This document shows, piece by piece, positions 20,061-29,307 of a DNA stretch of 64,000 nucleotides. The notes under the pieces were generated by a model. It saw only the letters and a list, made by a program, of their open reading frames with translations. It made no database searches and had not been told where the DNA came from. The translations under genes and the position numbers were made by a program. The DNA is taken from the NCBI GenBank assembly GCA_041390305.1, contig JAWKQE010000014.1:100693-164692 (forward strand), in the 5' to 3' direction. The number at the start of each line of letters is the position of its first letter. Position 1 is the first letter of the stretch. Origin of the DNA: Candidatus Eiseniibacteriota bacterium. GTDB taxonomy: Bacteria > Eisenbacteria > RBG-16-71-46 > CAIMUX01.

Positions 20061-21842
20061 ATGACCAACGGCAGCTACTGGCTAGGCACCCTCGCGACGA
20101 TTCTCATGGCATCCTCGGTCCAAGCATCCGACCCAACCGCCGTCCCCGCCTTCTTCACTCGGGACGCCTCGAACTGGACCTTCGAAGAAGGCTCAGGCCA
20201 CCCCGAACGAGATCCCGACCTCCCCTGGCAGGTCCATGTCCTCTCGGACCAGGTCGTGTCCGAGAACGGGCTCTTCTACTCGATCTTCGAGGGAATGGGA
20301 GAAACGAGCAGCTCGGACGAGGGACAGAGACGCCTCAGTATCGCGACCAGTCCCGACGGGCTCACGAACTGGACGCAGCACATCGACGAAACCGTGATCG
20401 AGTTCGAGGGACAACGGCAGGGCGACGACTACGGCGCGATGTCGCCCGCGCTCGGTATCAATCCTGACGGGTCGCTCGCGAAGTACGACGGAGAGTGGAT
20501 CCTCCTCTTCGCCAACTACGACGGCATCGACTGCGAGATCCAGTGGATGACATCGGCCGACGGCATCCGCTGGACCGAACGGGGTTCGACCGGGCTCGAC
20601 CAGGGACCCACCGGTTCCGGTGACCGGGGCGAAATCTGGCCGACGAGTCTCATCCGCGACGTCGACGGAACCTGGTACCTGTTCTATCACGGCGGCGGGA
20701 ACCAGGCCCGCACCATCGGCGTCGCCACCGGCACGAACCCGAAGTCTCTGACGCCCTACAACGGAAACCGCGCCATCCTCGAGCCGACGGAGAGTTGGGA
20801 AGATGGATCCGTCCATCAGGCCCAGGTCATCAAAGACCAGACGGGCTGGCTCATGGTCTACACCAACACGGAGAAGGAACACCTGGGATCAGCGAGGTCG
20901 AGTGACCTCCTTGAGTGGCAGAAGGAAGGGATCTTCCACTCCGAGATGTTCAAGAACTTCGGATGCCTCACCGCGGTCGACAACGGCGACGGCACCGTGA
21001 CGTGGCGCGACTACGGCCGCAGGGAGTACGACGACGGAGGCCCGGGCCTCCTCTTCGCGACCGTCCCCAGAGCCGATGACGACGAGCCGAGCGAATTCCC
21101 CATCTCGGATCTGGTCGTGGCCAGCGGAGAAACCTACCGAGTGACGACGATGGCCGTCGGCCGCCCGGTGTACACGGATCGCTCCTACACCTACACCGAG
21201 GCTCCGGGCCACTTCGTGGAGCGAACGCTGATTCAGACCGCGAACGACGACAAGCGATCGGACGCATCCGACTCGGACTTCCTGAGCTTCGACTTGGAGG
21301 AGGCGGGATACGTCTACGTGATCTACTCCCCGATCAACGCCACACTGCACGAGCGGTGGCTGCGTCCCGTTCGGGGCTGGTCTTCCGTAGCCGACTTCGT
21401 CGACACCTCCACCCCGCCGGAAGAACAGAGTGGCCGCGACGTGCGGCGCAAGTTCTTCGACGGGCCCGGTCGTGTCGAACTGGGTGGCAACGGAGGGTCG
21501 TCCGGATCCAACATGTATGCGGTTCTGGTCATCACACTCTCCGACAACCAGCTCCCGATCGTCGATCAGCCCCAGGATCTGTTCATCCCTCGCAATTCCA
21601 AAGCGGAGTGGACTCTCGGATACTCGGACCCCGACGGCCCCGGCCCGTACAACGTGACCTCGTCACGCTACCCCGAGCACGGAACGATCTCGATCGTAGG
21701 TGGGAACTTGGAGGAGACGGACGGATTCTTCCGGATCCGGTACGTGCCGGATTGGGGATTCACCGGCTCGGACGAGTTCGACGTGAAGCTCTCCGATTCC
21801 ATCGAGCAGACGCTGCGGACGTTCCGGATCACGATCCAGTAG
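20061..21842 (+). CDS. secreted protein of unknown function (possible beta-propeller glycosidase-like N-domain plus Ig/cadherin-like C-domain)
   Basis: Start at MTNGSYWLGTLATILMASSVQA (signal peptide). The functional guess rests only on the overall composition and repeat pattern. No catalytic motif was recognised. Confidence 0.55.
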   Translation: MTNGSYWLGTLATILMASSVQASDPTAVPAFFTRDASNWTFEEGSGHPERDPDLPWQVHVLSDQVVSENGLFYSIFEGMGETSSSDEGQRRLSIATSPDGLTNWTQHIDETVIEFEGQRQGDDYGAMSPALGINPDGSLAKYDGEWILLFANYDGIDCEIQWMTSADGIRWTERGSTGLDQGPTGSGDRGEIWPTSLIRDVDGTWYLFYHGGGNQARTIGVATGTNPKSLTPYNGNRAILEPTESWEDGSVHQAQVIKDQTGWLMVYTNTEKEHLGSARSSDLLEWQKEGIFHSEMFKNFGCLTAVDNGDGTVTWRDYGRREYDDGGPGLLFATVPRADDDEPSEFPISDLVVASGETYRVTTMAVGRPVYTDRSYTYTEAPGHFVERTLIQTANDDKRSDASDSDFLSFDLEEAGYVYVIYSPINATLHERWLRPVRGWSSVADFVDTSTPPEEQSGRDVRRKFFDGPGRVELGGNGGSSGSNMYAVLVITLSDNQLPIVDQPQDLFIPRNSKAEWTLGYSDPDGPGPYNVTSSRYPEHGTISIVGGNLEETDGFFRIRYVPDWGFTGSDEFDVKLSDSIEQTLRTFRITIQ

Positions 21843-21903
21843 AACCCAGACACCGACCGTGAGGGCGCGGCCCGCCCTCGCGGCCCGCCCCACGATCGCG
21901 GTC

Positions 21904-23589
21904 CTACGTCCGCTTCCAGTCGAACTCCGCCCGCGCGGGCTTGCCGTAGAGCGTGAGCGCGCCCTTCTCCCCGGTCGAGTTGGGGCGGGTGAAGATCCAG
22001 TTCTGCCAGGCGGAGAGGCGGCCGAAGATCTTGGTCGCCATCGTCTCGGGACCAGGGCAGCGGAGGTTGGCCTCCATCCCGGTGAGCGCGTCGGGCGAGA
22101 GCGACACGCGCTCCTCGATCGCGATCCGGATCTCGTCCTCCCAGTCGATGTCGTCCGGGATGAACGTGACGAGACCGGCGTCCTCCGCCCCTTCGGGGTC
22201 GAACGACTCGCCGATCTGGCCCCGCAGCTCTTCCGCGCGACCCGGTGCGCCGTAGAATCGCGTCCCGAGGCGCGTCAGGCCCTGCCAGGTGAGGAACCCT
22301 CGGAACGCACCGTCGTCACCGGCACCGGAAGCGCCCTCGGCCGGGAAGTTCATCGCGCTGAGCGAGATCTCCACCGGCTGATCGGGATCGTCCAGCATGT
22401 AGCTCCGGTCCGCGGCGAGCGCGAGTTCGAGCAGGCTTCCCGCGAAGCAAGACCCAGGCTCGATCACCGCGAAGAGTGACCGGGCCGTGATGTCGTAGCG
22501 TCGGAGCACGCGCCCCATCTGGAAGACGACCTCGCGTACGAAGTAGTCCTCGCCGCGCGCGGCGAGAAGGGCGTCGTCGATCGCGCGCACCCGGTCGGAG
22601 TCGCCCTCCGTCTCGACGAGGAGGAGGCCGACCTCCGGGAAGTTGAAGCGAAGGTGGAGGAGGGCATCGTCGAGTTCCCGGAACGCGCGCCACGCCCAGA
22701 GGTCGTTCCCCTTCGCGCGCATGCCCGCGGCGTCCAGCGGCTCGCCCTCAGGCGGCCCCTGCATGACGAGCGTCGCGACCCGCTGCTCGTGGTCGATCTC
22801 GACCCGGACGAACCGGTGTTCGATCGCATCATCCGTGTAGTTCCCGCCCAGCGGCGCGATCGCGATCGGCGCCCCGGAGTCGTCTCGCGACGACCCGGCC
22901 GCGAGCGACTCCACCGCGCTCTTCACCGATGCATCGAACTTGCTGCGCGGATGGACCTCGTCGACCAGATTCCACTTCGCGGCGCGTTCGCCGCGGATCC
23001 CCTCCGCCACGGTGGAGAAGACGTCGGCGAGATCCCGCCGCACCTTCCGTTTGTCGACCACGCGGGTGAGTCCGCCCGTACCGGGCAGCACGCCGAGAAG
23101 CGGCGTTTCGGGAAGGGAGACGGCCGCGTTGCCGTCGTCGACGAGGAAGATCTTCTCGCAGGCGAGCGCCAGCTCGTACCCACCCCCCGCGCAGATCCCG
23201 TTCACCGCGCAGAGCGTCCGCACGCCGATCTCGTCCACCATCTCCTCGAGATAGAGACGTGTCTCGTTCGTGTACTTGCAGAAGTTGACCTTGAAGCCGT
23301 GGGACGAGCTGCCGAGCATGAAGATGTTGGCGCCCGAGCAGAAGATCCGGTCCTTTGCGCTCTCGACGAGGAGCGCCTTCACTTCCGGGTGCTCGAAGCG
23401 GATCCGCTGGATCGCGTCGGCCAGCTCGATGTCGACTCCGAGGTCGTAGGAGTTGAGTTTCAGCACGTAGCCCGGATGGAGCGGCTGATCCTCCTGGACG
23501 TTCATCCGGAGGGTGGCCACGTTCCCCTCGAAGGAGAGCTGCCAGTGCTTGTAGCGGGACGGTTCGGTTTCGAAGAGTATGCGTTCCAT
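21904..23589 (-). CDS. boxC: 2,3-epoxybenzoyl-CoA dihydrolase (benzoyl-CoA-dihydrodiol lyase)
   Basis: Start at MERILFETEPSRYKHWQLSFEGNVATLRMNV... It has the BoxC-type double crotonase signature (LKLNSYDLGVDIELADAIQRIRFEHPEV, FCSGANIFMLG, NGICAGGGYELALACE). It is 561 aa, compared with about 555 aa for known BoxC. Confidence 0.8.
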   Translation of the reverse strand: MERILFETEPSRYKHWQLSFEGNVATLRMNVQEDQPLHPGYVLKLNSYDLGVDIELADAIQRIRFEHPEVKALLVESAKDRIFCSGANIFMLGSSSHGFKVNFCKYTNETRLYLEEMVDEIGVRTLCAVNGICAGGGYELALACEKIFLVDDGNAAVSLPETPLLGVLPGTGGLTRVVDKRKVRRDLADVFSTVAEGIRGERAAKWNLVDEVHPRSKFDASVKSAVESLAAGSSRDDSGAPIAIAPLGGNYTDDAIEHRFVRVEIDHEQRVATLVMQGPPEGEPLDAAGMRAKGNDLWAWRAFRELDDALLHLRFNFPEVGLLLVETEGDSDRVRAIDDALLAARGEDYFVREVVFQMGRVLRRYDITARSLFAVIEPGSCFAGSLLELALAADRSYMLDDPDQPVEISLSAMNFPAEGASGAGDDGAFRGFLTWQGLTRLGTRFYGAPGRAEELRGQIGESFDPEGAEDAGLVTFIPDDIDWEDEIRIAIEERVSLSPDALTGMEANLRCPGPETMATKIFGRLSAWQNWIFTRPNSTGEKGALTLYGKPARAEFDWKRT

Positions 23590-23714
23590 TCGGGGGATTC
23601 TGCCGGGAATCGGGGCCGGTTTCACCCGCGAAATTGCCATCTCCCCGGCGCGGGACCGGGAAGCTACGCTCTCACCCGGCCGTGGGCCGCCACACTTCGA
23701 CCAGGAGACTCTTC

Positions 23715-24764
23715 GTGACCGGCATTCCGTTCGACCCAGACGCGCCAGGGACCGGCGACGGCATCTTCGGGCTTCCGCACACCGCGGAGGAGGCGGACGT
23801 CGTCCTCCTCGCCATCCCCTGGGAGGCCACGGTCTCCTACGGTTCCGGCGCGCACCACGGCCCCGAGGCGATCCGGACCGCGAGCCAGCAGGTCGACCTG
23901 TTCGATCTCGAGAACGGCCGGTTCTACGAGCGTGGCATCCACCTCCTTCCCTCACCGCCCGAAGTGGAGAGCCAGAGCGAAGAGGCCCGGCGTCTCGTGA
24001 AGAAGATCCTCCGCGACACGGATGGGGCCGGGCTCCCCGAGTCCGAGCCCGGCACGAAGCTGGCGGAACGGCTCGCCCGCGTGAACGAACTCGGGTCCTG
24101 GCTCAACGAGTACGTCGCCCGGGAGTGTGACGCGTGGCGCGTGAAAGGGAAGTTGGTCGGGCTCGTGGGAGGCGATCACTCCTCTCCTTTCGGTGCCATG
24201 GAGAGTGCGGCCCGCGCGCATGGTGAGTTCGGCGTCCTCCAGATCGACGCCCACGCGGACCTCCGGCCCGCTTTCATGGGGTTCGAGTGGTCCCACGCGT
24301 CGATCTTCCACAACGTCCTGGCCCGGATTCCCGAAGTGACGAAGCTCGTCCAGGTCGGCATCCGCGACCTCGGGAACAACGAGGTCGCGCAGATCGAGGG
24401 CGCCCCGGACCGGATCCGTACGTACTTCGACCTCGAGATCCAGAGCCGTCTCGCCGACGGCGTCACCTGGAGCGACATCCGGAAGGCGATCGTGGACACC
24501 CTTCCGGAGCAGGTCTACGTGTCGTTCGACATCGACGGCCTCGATCCGTCCCTCTGCCCGAACACAGGGACTCCCGTGCCGGGAGGACTCTCGTTCTTCC
24601 AGGCGTCGAGCCTGATCGCCGAAGTGACGAACTCCGGAAGGCGGATCATCGGCTTCGATCTCTGTGAAGTCGCGCCGTCACCCGAAGGCGACTCCGAGTG
24701 GGACGCGAACGTGGGCGCGCGAATCCTCTACAAGATGATCGGCCACGCACTCCGGAACCGCTGA
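23715..24764 (+). CDS. arginase-family hydrolase (agmatinase/formimidoylglutamase-like)
   Basis: GTG 23715 lies 7 nt after AGGAG. It carries the Mn-binding motifs GGDHS (VGGDHSSPFG), DAHAD (QIDAHADLR) and SFDIDGLDP. Confidence 0.75.
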   Translation: MTGIPFDPDAPGTGDGIFGLPHTAEEADVVLLAIPWEATVSYGSGAHHGPEAIRTASQQVDLFDLENGRFYERGIHLLPSPPEVESQSEEARRLVKKILRDTDGAGLPESEPGTKLAERLARVNELGSWLNEYVARECDAWRVKGKLVGLVGGDHSSPFGAMESAARAHGEFGVLQIDAHADLRPAFMGFEWSHASIFHNVLARIPEVTKLVQVGIRDLGNNEVAQIEGAPDRIRTYFDLEIQSRLADGVTWSDIRKAIVDTLPEQVYVSFDIDGLDPSLCPNTGTPVPGGLSFFQASSLIAEVTNSGRRIIGFDLCEVAPSPEGDSEWDANVGARILYKMIGHALRNR

Positions 24765-24773
24765 GCCGAAGCC

Positions 24774-26009
24774 CTACGGACCCTTCCGCTCCGGGACGCA
24801 CGGGATCACGTGCCGCTCCGCGCGGCCGAGCGCGTCCCACACGAGATCGTCCATCGGTCCAAGCGCGTCTTCCGCACGTGCGACGTCCTCGGGACGAACG
24901 TGCGTCTCGGGATTCTGCGGCATGAGGAACGCGCAGCAGTCCTCGTAGGGCTGGGTGGAGATGTCATAGGTCCCGATCCGTCTCGCCATCCGGATGATCT
25001 CTTCCTTCCCCGTCGCCACGAGCGGCCGCAGGATCGGAAGGGTGGCCGCCCCCTGGGTCACGGAGAGGTTCTCCACCGTCTGGCTCGCGACCTGACCGAT
25101 CGAGTCCCCCGTCACGAGGGCGCGCGCGCCGACCTTGGCCGCGACCTTCTCCGCCAACCGGATCATCCACCTCCGGTAGAGGACGACTCGGATCGAACTC
25201 TGCGCCTCGACCGCGATCTTGCGTTGGATCTCCGCGAGCGGAACCAGGTAGAGCTCGGACTTGGGCTGATAGGGCGCGAGCTGCCGTACGAGATCGAGCG
25301 TCAGGTCGACCGACGCCCGCTTCGTATACGGCATGCTGTGAAAGTGGACATAGATCACGCGGCAGCCCCGCGCGAGGATCCGGTACGACGCCACCGGGCT
25401 GTCGATGCCGGAGCTGAGGAGCGACACCACGCGCGCGGACGCGCCGACCGGCAGCCCCCGCTGCCCTTCCTCCCGTTCGCCGTAGAGGAGGATGCTGTCC
25501 GGGAGCACCTCGACGCCGACGGTGAGATCGGCATTGCGGATATCGACTCCGAGGCCCGTGCGCGCGCCGATCGCCGCTCCGATCCGCCGGTTGATCTCGG
25601 GAGACGGGATCGGAAAGGACTTGTCCCCGCGCCTCGTATCGACGGCGAAAGTGCGGATGGCGGCTCCCCCGGCGAGTGCGCGCTCGACGAGCCGACACGC
25701 CTCCTGCTCCAGTCGATCGAGAGGACGTCCCGGAATCCGTTCCGCGAACGAGAAGGTGGCGATTCCCATCACCGCTCCGAGACGCGCGCTCAGCTCGCTC
25801 CGGAGGTCATCGTCCAGGGGCGCGGCCAGTTCGACGAAGATCCGCGCGTGCCGGCTCTGCACGTTCGCGATGGGAAGCCCGACCAGCGCCCGGCGCAGAT
25901 TCCGCCGAAGCACGCCGACGAAGAAGCTGCGGTTCTTCCCCTTCGTCCCGAGTTCCGCGTAGTGGACGACGACCAGCCCTTTCGTGGCGTCTCCGCCCGA
26001 GGCGGTCAC
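24774..26009 (-). CDS. thiI: tRNA 4-thiouridine(8) synthase ThiI
   Basis: THUMP-like N-domain (VHYAELGTKGKNRSFF) plus the PP-loop SSGIDSPVA. The GTG start overlaps the malQ stop (GTGA at 26006-26009). Confidence 0.8.
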   Translation of the reverse strand: MTASGGDATKGLVVVHYAELGTKGKNRSFFVGVLRRNLRRALVGLPIANVQSRHARIFVELAAPLDDDLRSELSARLGAVMGIATFSFAERIPGRPLDRLEQEACRLVERALAGGAAIRTFAVDTRRGDKSFPIPSPEINRRIGAAIGARTGLGVDIRNADLTVGVEVLPDSILLYGEREEGQRGLPVGASARVVSLLSSGIDSPVASYRILARGCRVIYVHFHSMPYTKRASVDLTLDLVRQLAPYQPKSELYLVPLAEIQRKIAVEAQSSIRVVLYRRWMIRLAEKVAAKVGARALVTGDSIGQVASQTVENLSVTQGAATLPILRPLVATGKEEIIRMARRIGTYDISTQPYEDCCAFLMPQNPETHVRPEDVARAEDALGPMDDLVWDALGRAERHVIPCVPERKGP

Positions 26010-27589
26010 TTCCGCCCCGACTGGGACCGGGACCGAAGCGGGATCGGCGTCCGGTCGTAGAGCGCCGCAAACTCCGCGAGACGGCGCGCGTCACCTGGAT
26101 GGAGCGCGTCGCCCGACATCCGCCAGTTCCAGTTGTCGCGCGACGTCCCGGGCCGGTTCATCCGCGCCGCCTTCCCGAGGCCGAGAACATCCTGCACCGG
26201 GAGCACGAGCGTGTTCGCGACCGACGCATACGCCGCGCGAATGAGATCCCAGTGGAACGACTCGCCGTCGGAGTCGAGATAGGCCAGCGCCGTTCGCCTC
26301 TCGCTCCGGATGTCGCGGATCTTGTGCCGCTCGTTGTCCGGAGCGTCCTGTTCGAACCACTCCATCATCGTCTTGTTGTCGTGCGTGCCGGTGTAGAGGA
26401 CGCACTCGCGGGGCAGGTTGTGCGGGAGGTTCAGGTTGGTCGGCTTTCCATCCCACGCGAACTGGAGGAGCCGCATCCCGGGGAATCCGCAGTCGTCCCG
26501 CAGCCGTTCGACTTCGGGCGTGACGAGTCCGAGGTCTTCCGCGATGAGACGGGTCGGCCCCAGCTTCCGCTCCAGGGCCGCGAAGAGCGCATGCCCAGGG
26601 CCGGGGCGCCAACGGCCGCGCCGCGCGGTCTTCGCACTCGCGGGGACGACCCAACCGCGGTGGAAGCCGATGAAGTGGTCGAGACGGACGTTGTCGAAGA
26701 GTGAGAGCGTGCGTTCGAACCGCGAGACCCACCAGGAGAAGTCCTGCTTCGCGTGCCGCTCCCAGAGGTAGGTCGGGTTGCCCCAGAGCTGCCCGTTCCG
26801 GTTGAAGTAGTCCGGCGGAACGCCCGCGACGGTCTTCGGGCGCTCGTTCTTCCCGAGGTCGAAGAGCCTCGGATGGGACCAGACGTCGGCGCTCTCGAGC
26901 GCGACGTAGATCGGGACGTCGCCGATGAGGAGCACCTCCCGTTCCCGCGCGGCCTTCCGCAGCTCCTTCCACTGACGGTCGAAGACGAGCTGCAGGAAGA
27001 GGTGGAACCAGATCCGGTCCAGGTGCGTCTTCCGCGCTTCCTTCAGCGAGGCCGCCTTGCGTGAGCGGAGCCCCTCGTCCCAACGGGTCCAGCTCCGCCC
27101 GCGATGGACGTCCTTGAGCGCGGCGAAGAGCGCGTGATCTTCGGCCCAGTGGCCCTCCGCCTCCCGGAACGTCTCGATCCGGTGGCGCCAGCGAGGCGAG
27201 GCCCAGGCCCTCTCGAAGGCGAGGCGGAGCCGGGGAAGCCGGTACGCCCACACGCTCCGGAGGTCGACGCGCTCACCGTCATCCTTCCTCTTGGCGCGCC
27301 GGCCCGCGCCGAAGGGCGGAATCTCGTCGGGACGGAGGAGCCCATCGTCGCAGAGGGAGACGAGCGAGATGAGGGCCGGACTTCCGGCAAACGCGGATGT
27401 AGCGTCATAGGGGGACGAGGACCGCCCCGGAGGCCCGATCGGGAGCATCTGCCACGAGCCGAGACGGGCCGCGGCCAGGAACTCGAGGAAGAGGTGGGCA
27501 TCGGGACCCAGGTCCCCTGCTCCGTGCGGCCCCGGGAGCGAAGTCGGATGGAGGAGCAGTCCCGCTGTGCGTCGGCTGAATAGATCCAT
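26006..27589 (-). CDS. malQ: 4-alpha-glucanotransferase (amylomaltase, GH77)
   Basis: MDLFSRRTAGLLLHPTSLPGPHGAGDLG..., SPYDATSAFAGSPALISL, LIGDVPIYV, RLDHFIGF, IAEDLG, YTGTHDN. The start is either Met 27589 or Met 27607. Confidence 0.8.
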   Translation of the reverse strand: MDLFSRRTAGLLLHPTSLPGPHGAGDLGPDAHLFLEFLAAARLGSWQMLPIGPPGRSSSPYDATSAFAGSPALISLVSLCDDGLLRPDEIPPFGAGRRAKRKDDGERVDLRSVWAYRLPRLRLAFERAWASPRWRHRIETFREAEGHWAEDHALFAALKDVHRGRSWTRWDEGLRSRKAASLKEARKTHLDRIWFHLFLQLVFDRQWKELRKAAREREVLLIGDVPIYVALESADVWSHPRLFDLGKNERPKTVAGVPPDYFNRNGQLWGNPTYLWERHAKQDFSWWVSRFERTLSLFDNVRLDHFIGFHRGWVVPASAKTARRGRWRPGPGHALFAALERKLGPTRLIAEDLGLVTPEVERLRDDCGFPGMRLLQFAWDGKPTNLNLPHNLPRECVLYTGTHDNKTMMEWFEQDAPDNERHKIRDIRSERRTALAYLDSDGESFHWDLIRAAYASVANTLVLPVQDVLGLGKAARMNRPGTSRDNWNWRMSGDALHPGDARRLAEFAALYDRTPIPLRSRSQSGRK

Positions 27590-27712
27590 GGCGCCGAAGC
27601 CTAGCACCGAGATTGGCCGGACGGTAGAGAGCGCGGCGGCTCCCGCCGGACATCTTCCTGGGGCGACGCCCCTTCCGACGGCGGTCCGTTATCATAAGGG
27701 ATTCCCGAATGA

Positions 27713-27729
27713 TGATGTTTCCAACATCA
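27713..27729. promoter_or_regulatory. palindrome TGATGTT-N3-AACATCA in the malQ/gltA divergent promoter region
   Basis: Perfect 7-bp inverted repeat in the only AT-richer stretch of this intergenic region, about 70 nt upstream of the gltA ATG. Confidence 0.3.
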
Positions 27730-27799
27730 GCGTACCTGGACAGACACTATCCTACCCCTTAGTCTGAGGTTTCTGCTCAAGCCCTGGAGGGACCACGCC

Positions 27800-29044
27800 A
27801 TGCAAGAGATCCGTGATCTAGTCAGAGCCGCGGCGGAGAAGGCCCGCCAAGAGACGAGTGAAGAGCCCGAACCCAAGTTCACCGGTACGGTCGAGTTCCC
27901 GGTCGACTGTGCGGTCGGTCGTGGCCTGGAAGGTGCGATCGCCACCGACACGAAGATCGGCTACGTGAACGGAACCAAAGGCTGGTTGGTGTACCGCGGT
28001 TTCGAGATCTTCGATCTCGCTCAGTACTCGACGTTCGAAGAGACGTCGTACCTTCTCCTCTACGGCAAGCTCCCCACGAGCAGCGAACTCGCTGCGTTCG
28101 ACAAGAAGCTGAAGGATTACCGAAACGTTCCGGCGAGCGTGATCCAGGTCCTGAAAGAGATGCCGATCAAGGATACCCATCCGATGTCGGCGCTCCGGAC
28201 CGCGGTGTCCTTCCTCGGAAACCTCGACGGCACGGCCGACGACACATCGGTCGAAGCCGAGCGAGAGGTTTCGATCAAGCTGATCGGCCTCTTCCCCGCC
28301 CTGGCCGGCGCCGTCGCCCGCCTGCGTAAGGGAGAGGAGCCCGTTCCGCCGAAGAAGGAACACACCCTCGCCCAGACGCTGCTCTACACCATGACGGGGA
28401 AGGAGCCGGACGAACTCAACGCACGGCTCATGGACATCAACCTGATCCTCCACGCGGATCACGGGATGAACGCGTCCACCTTCACGACCATGGTCTGCAA
28501 CTCCTCGCTCTCGGACATGTACGGTTCCGTCGTCGCCGGTATCGCGAGCCTCAAGGGCCCGCTCCACGGCGGCGCGAACGAGCAGGTCCTCTACACGCTC
28601 GAGGAGATCGGCAGCGAAGGGAACGTCGAAGCCTGGTACGAGAAGGCCCGGGCCGAGAAGCGGAAGATCATGGGTATGGGTCACCGGGTCTACAAGGCCT
28701 ACGACCCGCGCGCCCGGATCCTGGGACCGCTCGCCGCCGCGCTCTGTGAGGATCATCCGGAAGTCGCCGAGATCTACAAGATCGCGGTGAAGCTCGAGAA
28801 GATCGTCACGGACCAGCTCGGCGCCGAGAAGAAGATCTTCCCGAACGTCGACTACTACTCGGGCATCGTCTACCGCGCGATGGGCATCGAGACCGCCATG
28901 TTCACGCCGATCTTCGCCGTGAGCCGGGTGAGCGGATGGACCGCGCGCGCTCTCGAGTACCTCGAGACGAACCGGATCTTCCGCCCTCGGGCGATCTACA
29001 CCGGCCCCGTGGCCGCGGAGTACGTACCGGTCGAAAAGCGCTAG
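27800..29044 (+). CDS. gltA: citrate synthase
   Basis: ATG follows GGAGGG. It has LHADHGMNASTFT, GPLHGGANE and MGMGHRVYKAYDPRA motifs, and is 414 aa. Confidence 0.9.
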   Translation: MQEIRDLVRAAAEKARQETSEEPEPKFTGTVEFPVDCAVGRGLEGAIATDTKIGYVNGTKGWLVYRGFEIFDLAQYSTFEETSYLLLYGKLPTSSELAAFDKKLKDYRNVPASVIQVLKEMPIKDTHPMSALRTAVSFLGNLDGTADDTSVEAEREVSIKLIGLFPALAGAVARLRKGEEPVPPKKEHTLAQTLLYTMTGKEPDELNARLMDINLILHADHGMNASTFTTMVCNSSLSDMYGSVVAGIASLKGPLHGGANEQVLYTLEEIGSEGNVEAWYEKARAEKRKIMGMGHRVYKAYDPRARILGPLAAALCEDHPEVAEIYKIAVKLEKIVTDQLGAEKKIFPNVDYYSGIVYRAMGIETAMFTPIFAVSRVSGWTARALEYLETNRIFRPRAIYTGPVAAEYVPVEKR

Positions 29045-29112
29045 TCGGATCCTGACGGGACGCGCCCGCACAGCCGCGCCCCGTCGCCCCGATCCGTCAG
29101 GCATGAGCGAGC

Positions 29113-29142
29113 GAAGGAGTGTCGGGTGACCGGCGCTCCTTC
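29113..29142 (+). terminator. candidate stem-loop downstream of gltA
   Basis: GAAGGAG (29113-29119) pairs with CTCCTTC (29136-29142). An inner CGG/CCG pairing is possible, and cgTTTcc follows. Confidence 0.3.
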
Positions 29143-29307
29143 CTCGTTTCCACCCCCACACCTCACGCGACATCCGCAAGCGGAACGGCTAGGATCCCCC
29201 TTCGTGATCCGAGCCGACCAAATCGCGGCGGCCCTCGCCCATCACCGCGCTGACCGCAATCGGCCGAGTCGCGTCCAGTCGATCCCTGGAGCTTCGGAGG
29301 AACGAAC

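Noticed and set aside
29045-29307. M-box (Mg2+) riboswitch upstream of mgtE.
   Set aside because: I could not find the conserved M-box core elements (for example GUUAGGUGAGGCU-like) in the 263-nt leader. Only generic GC hairpins are present.
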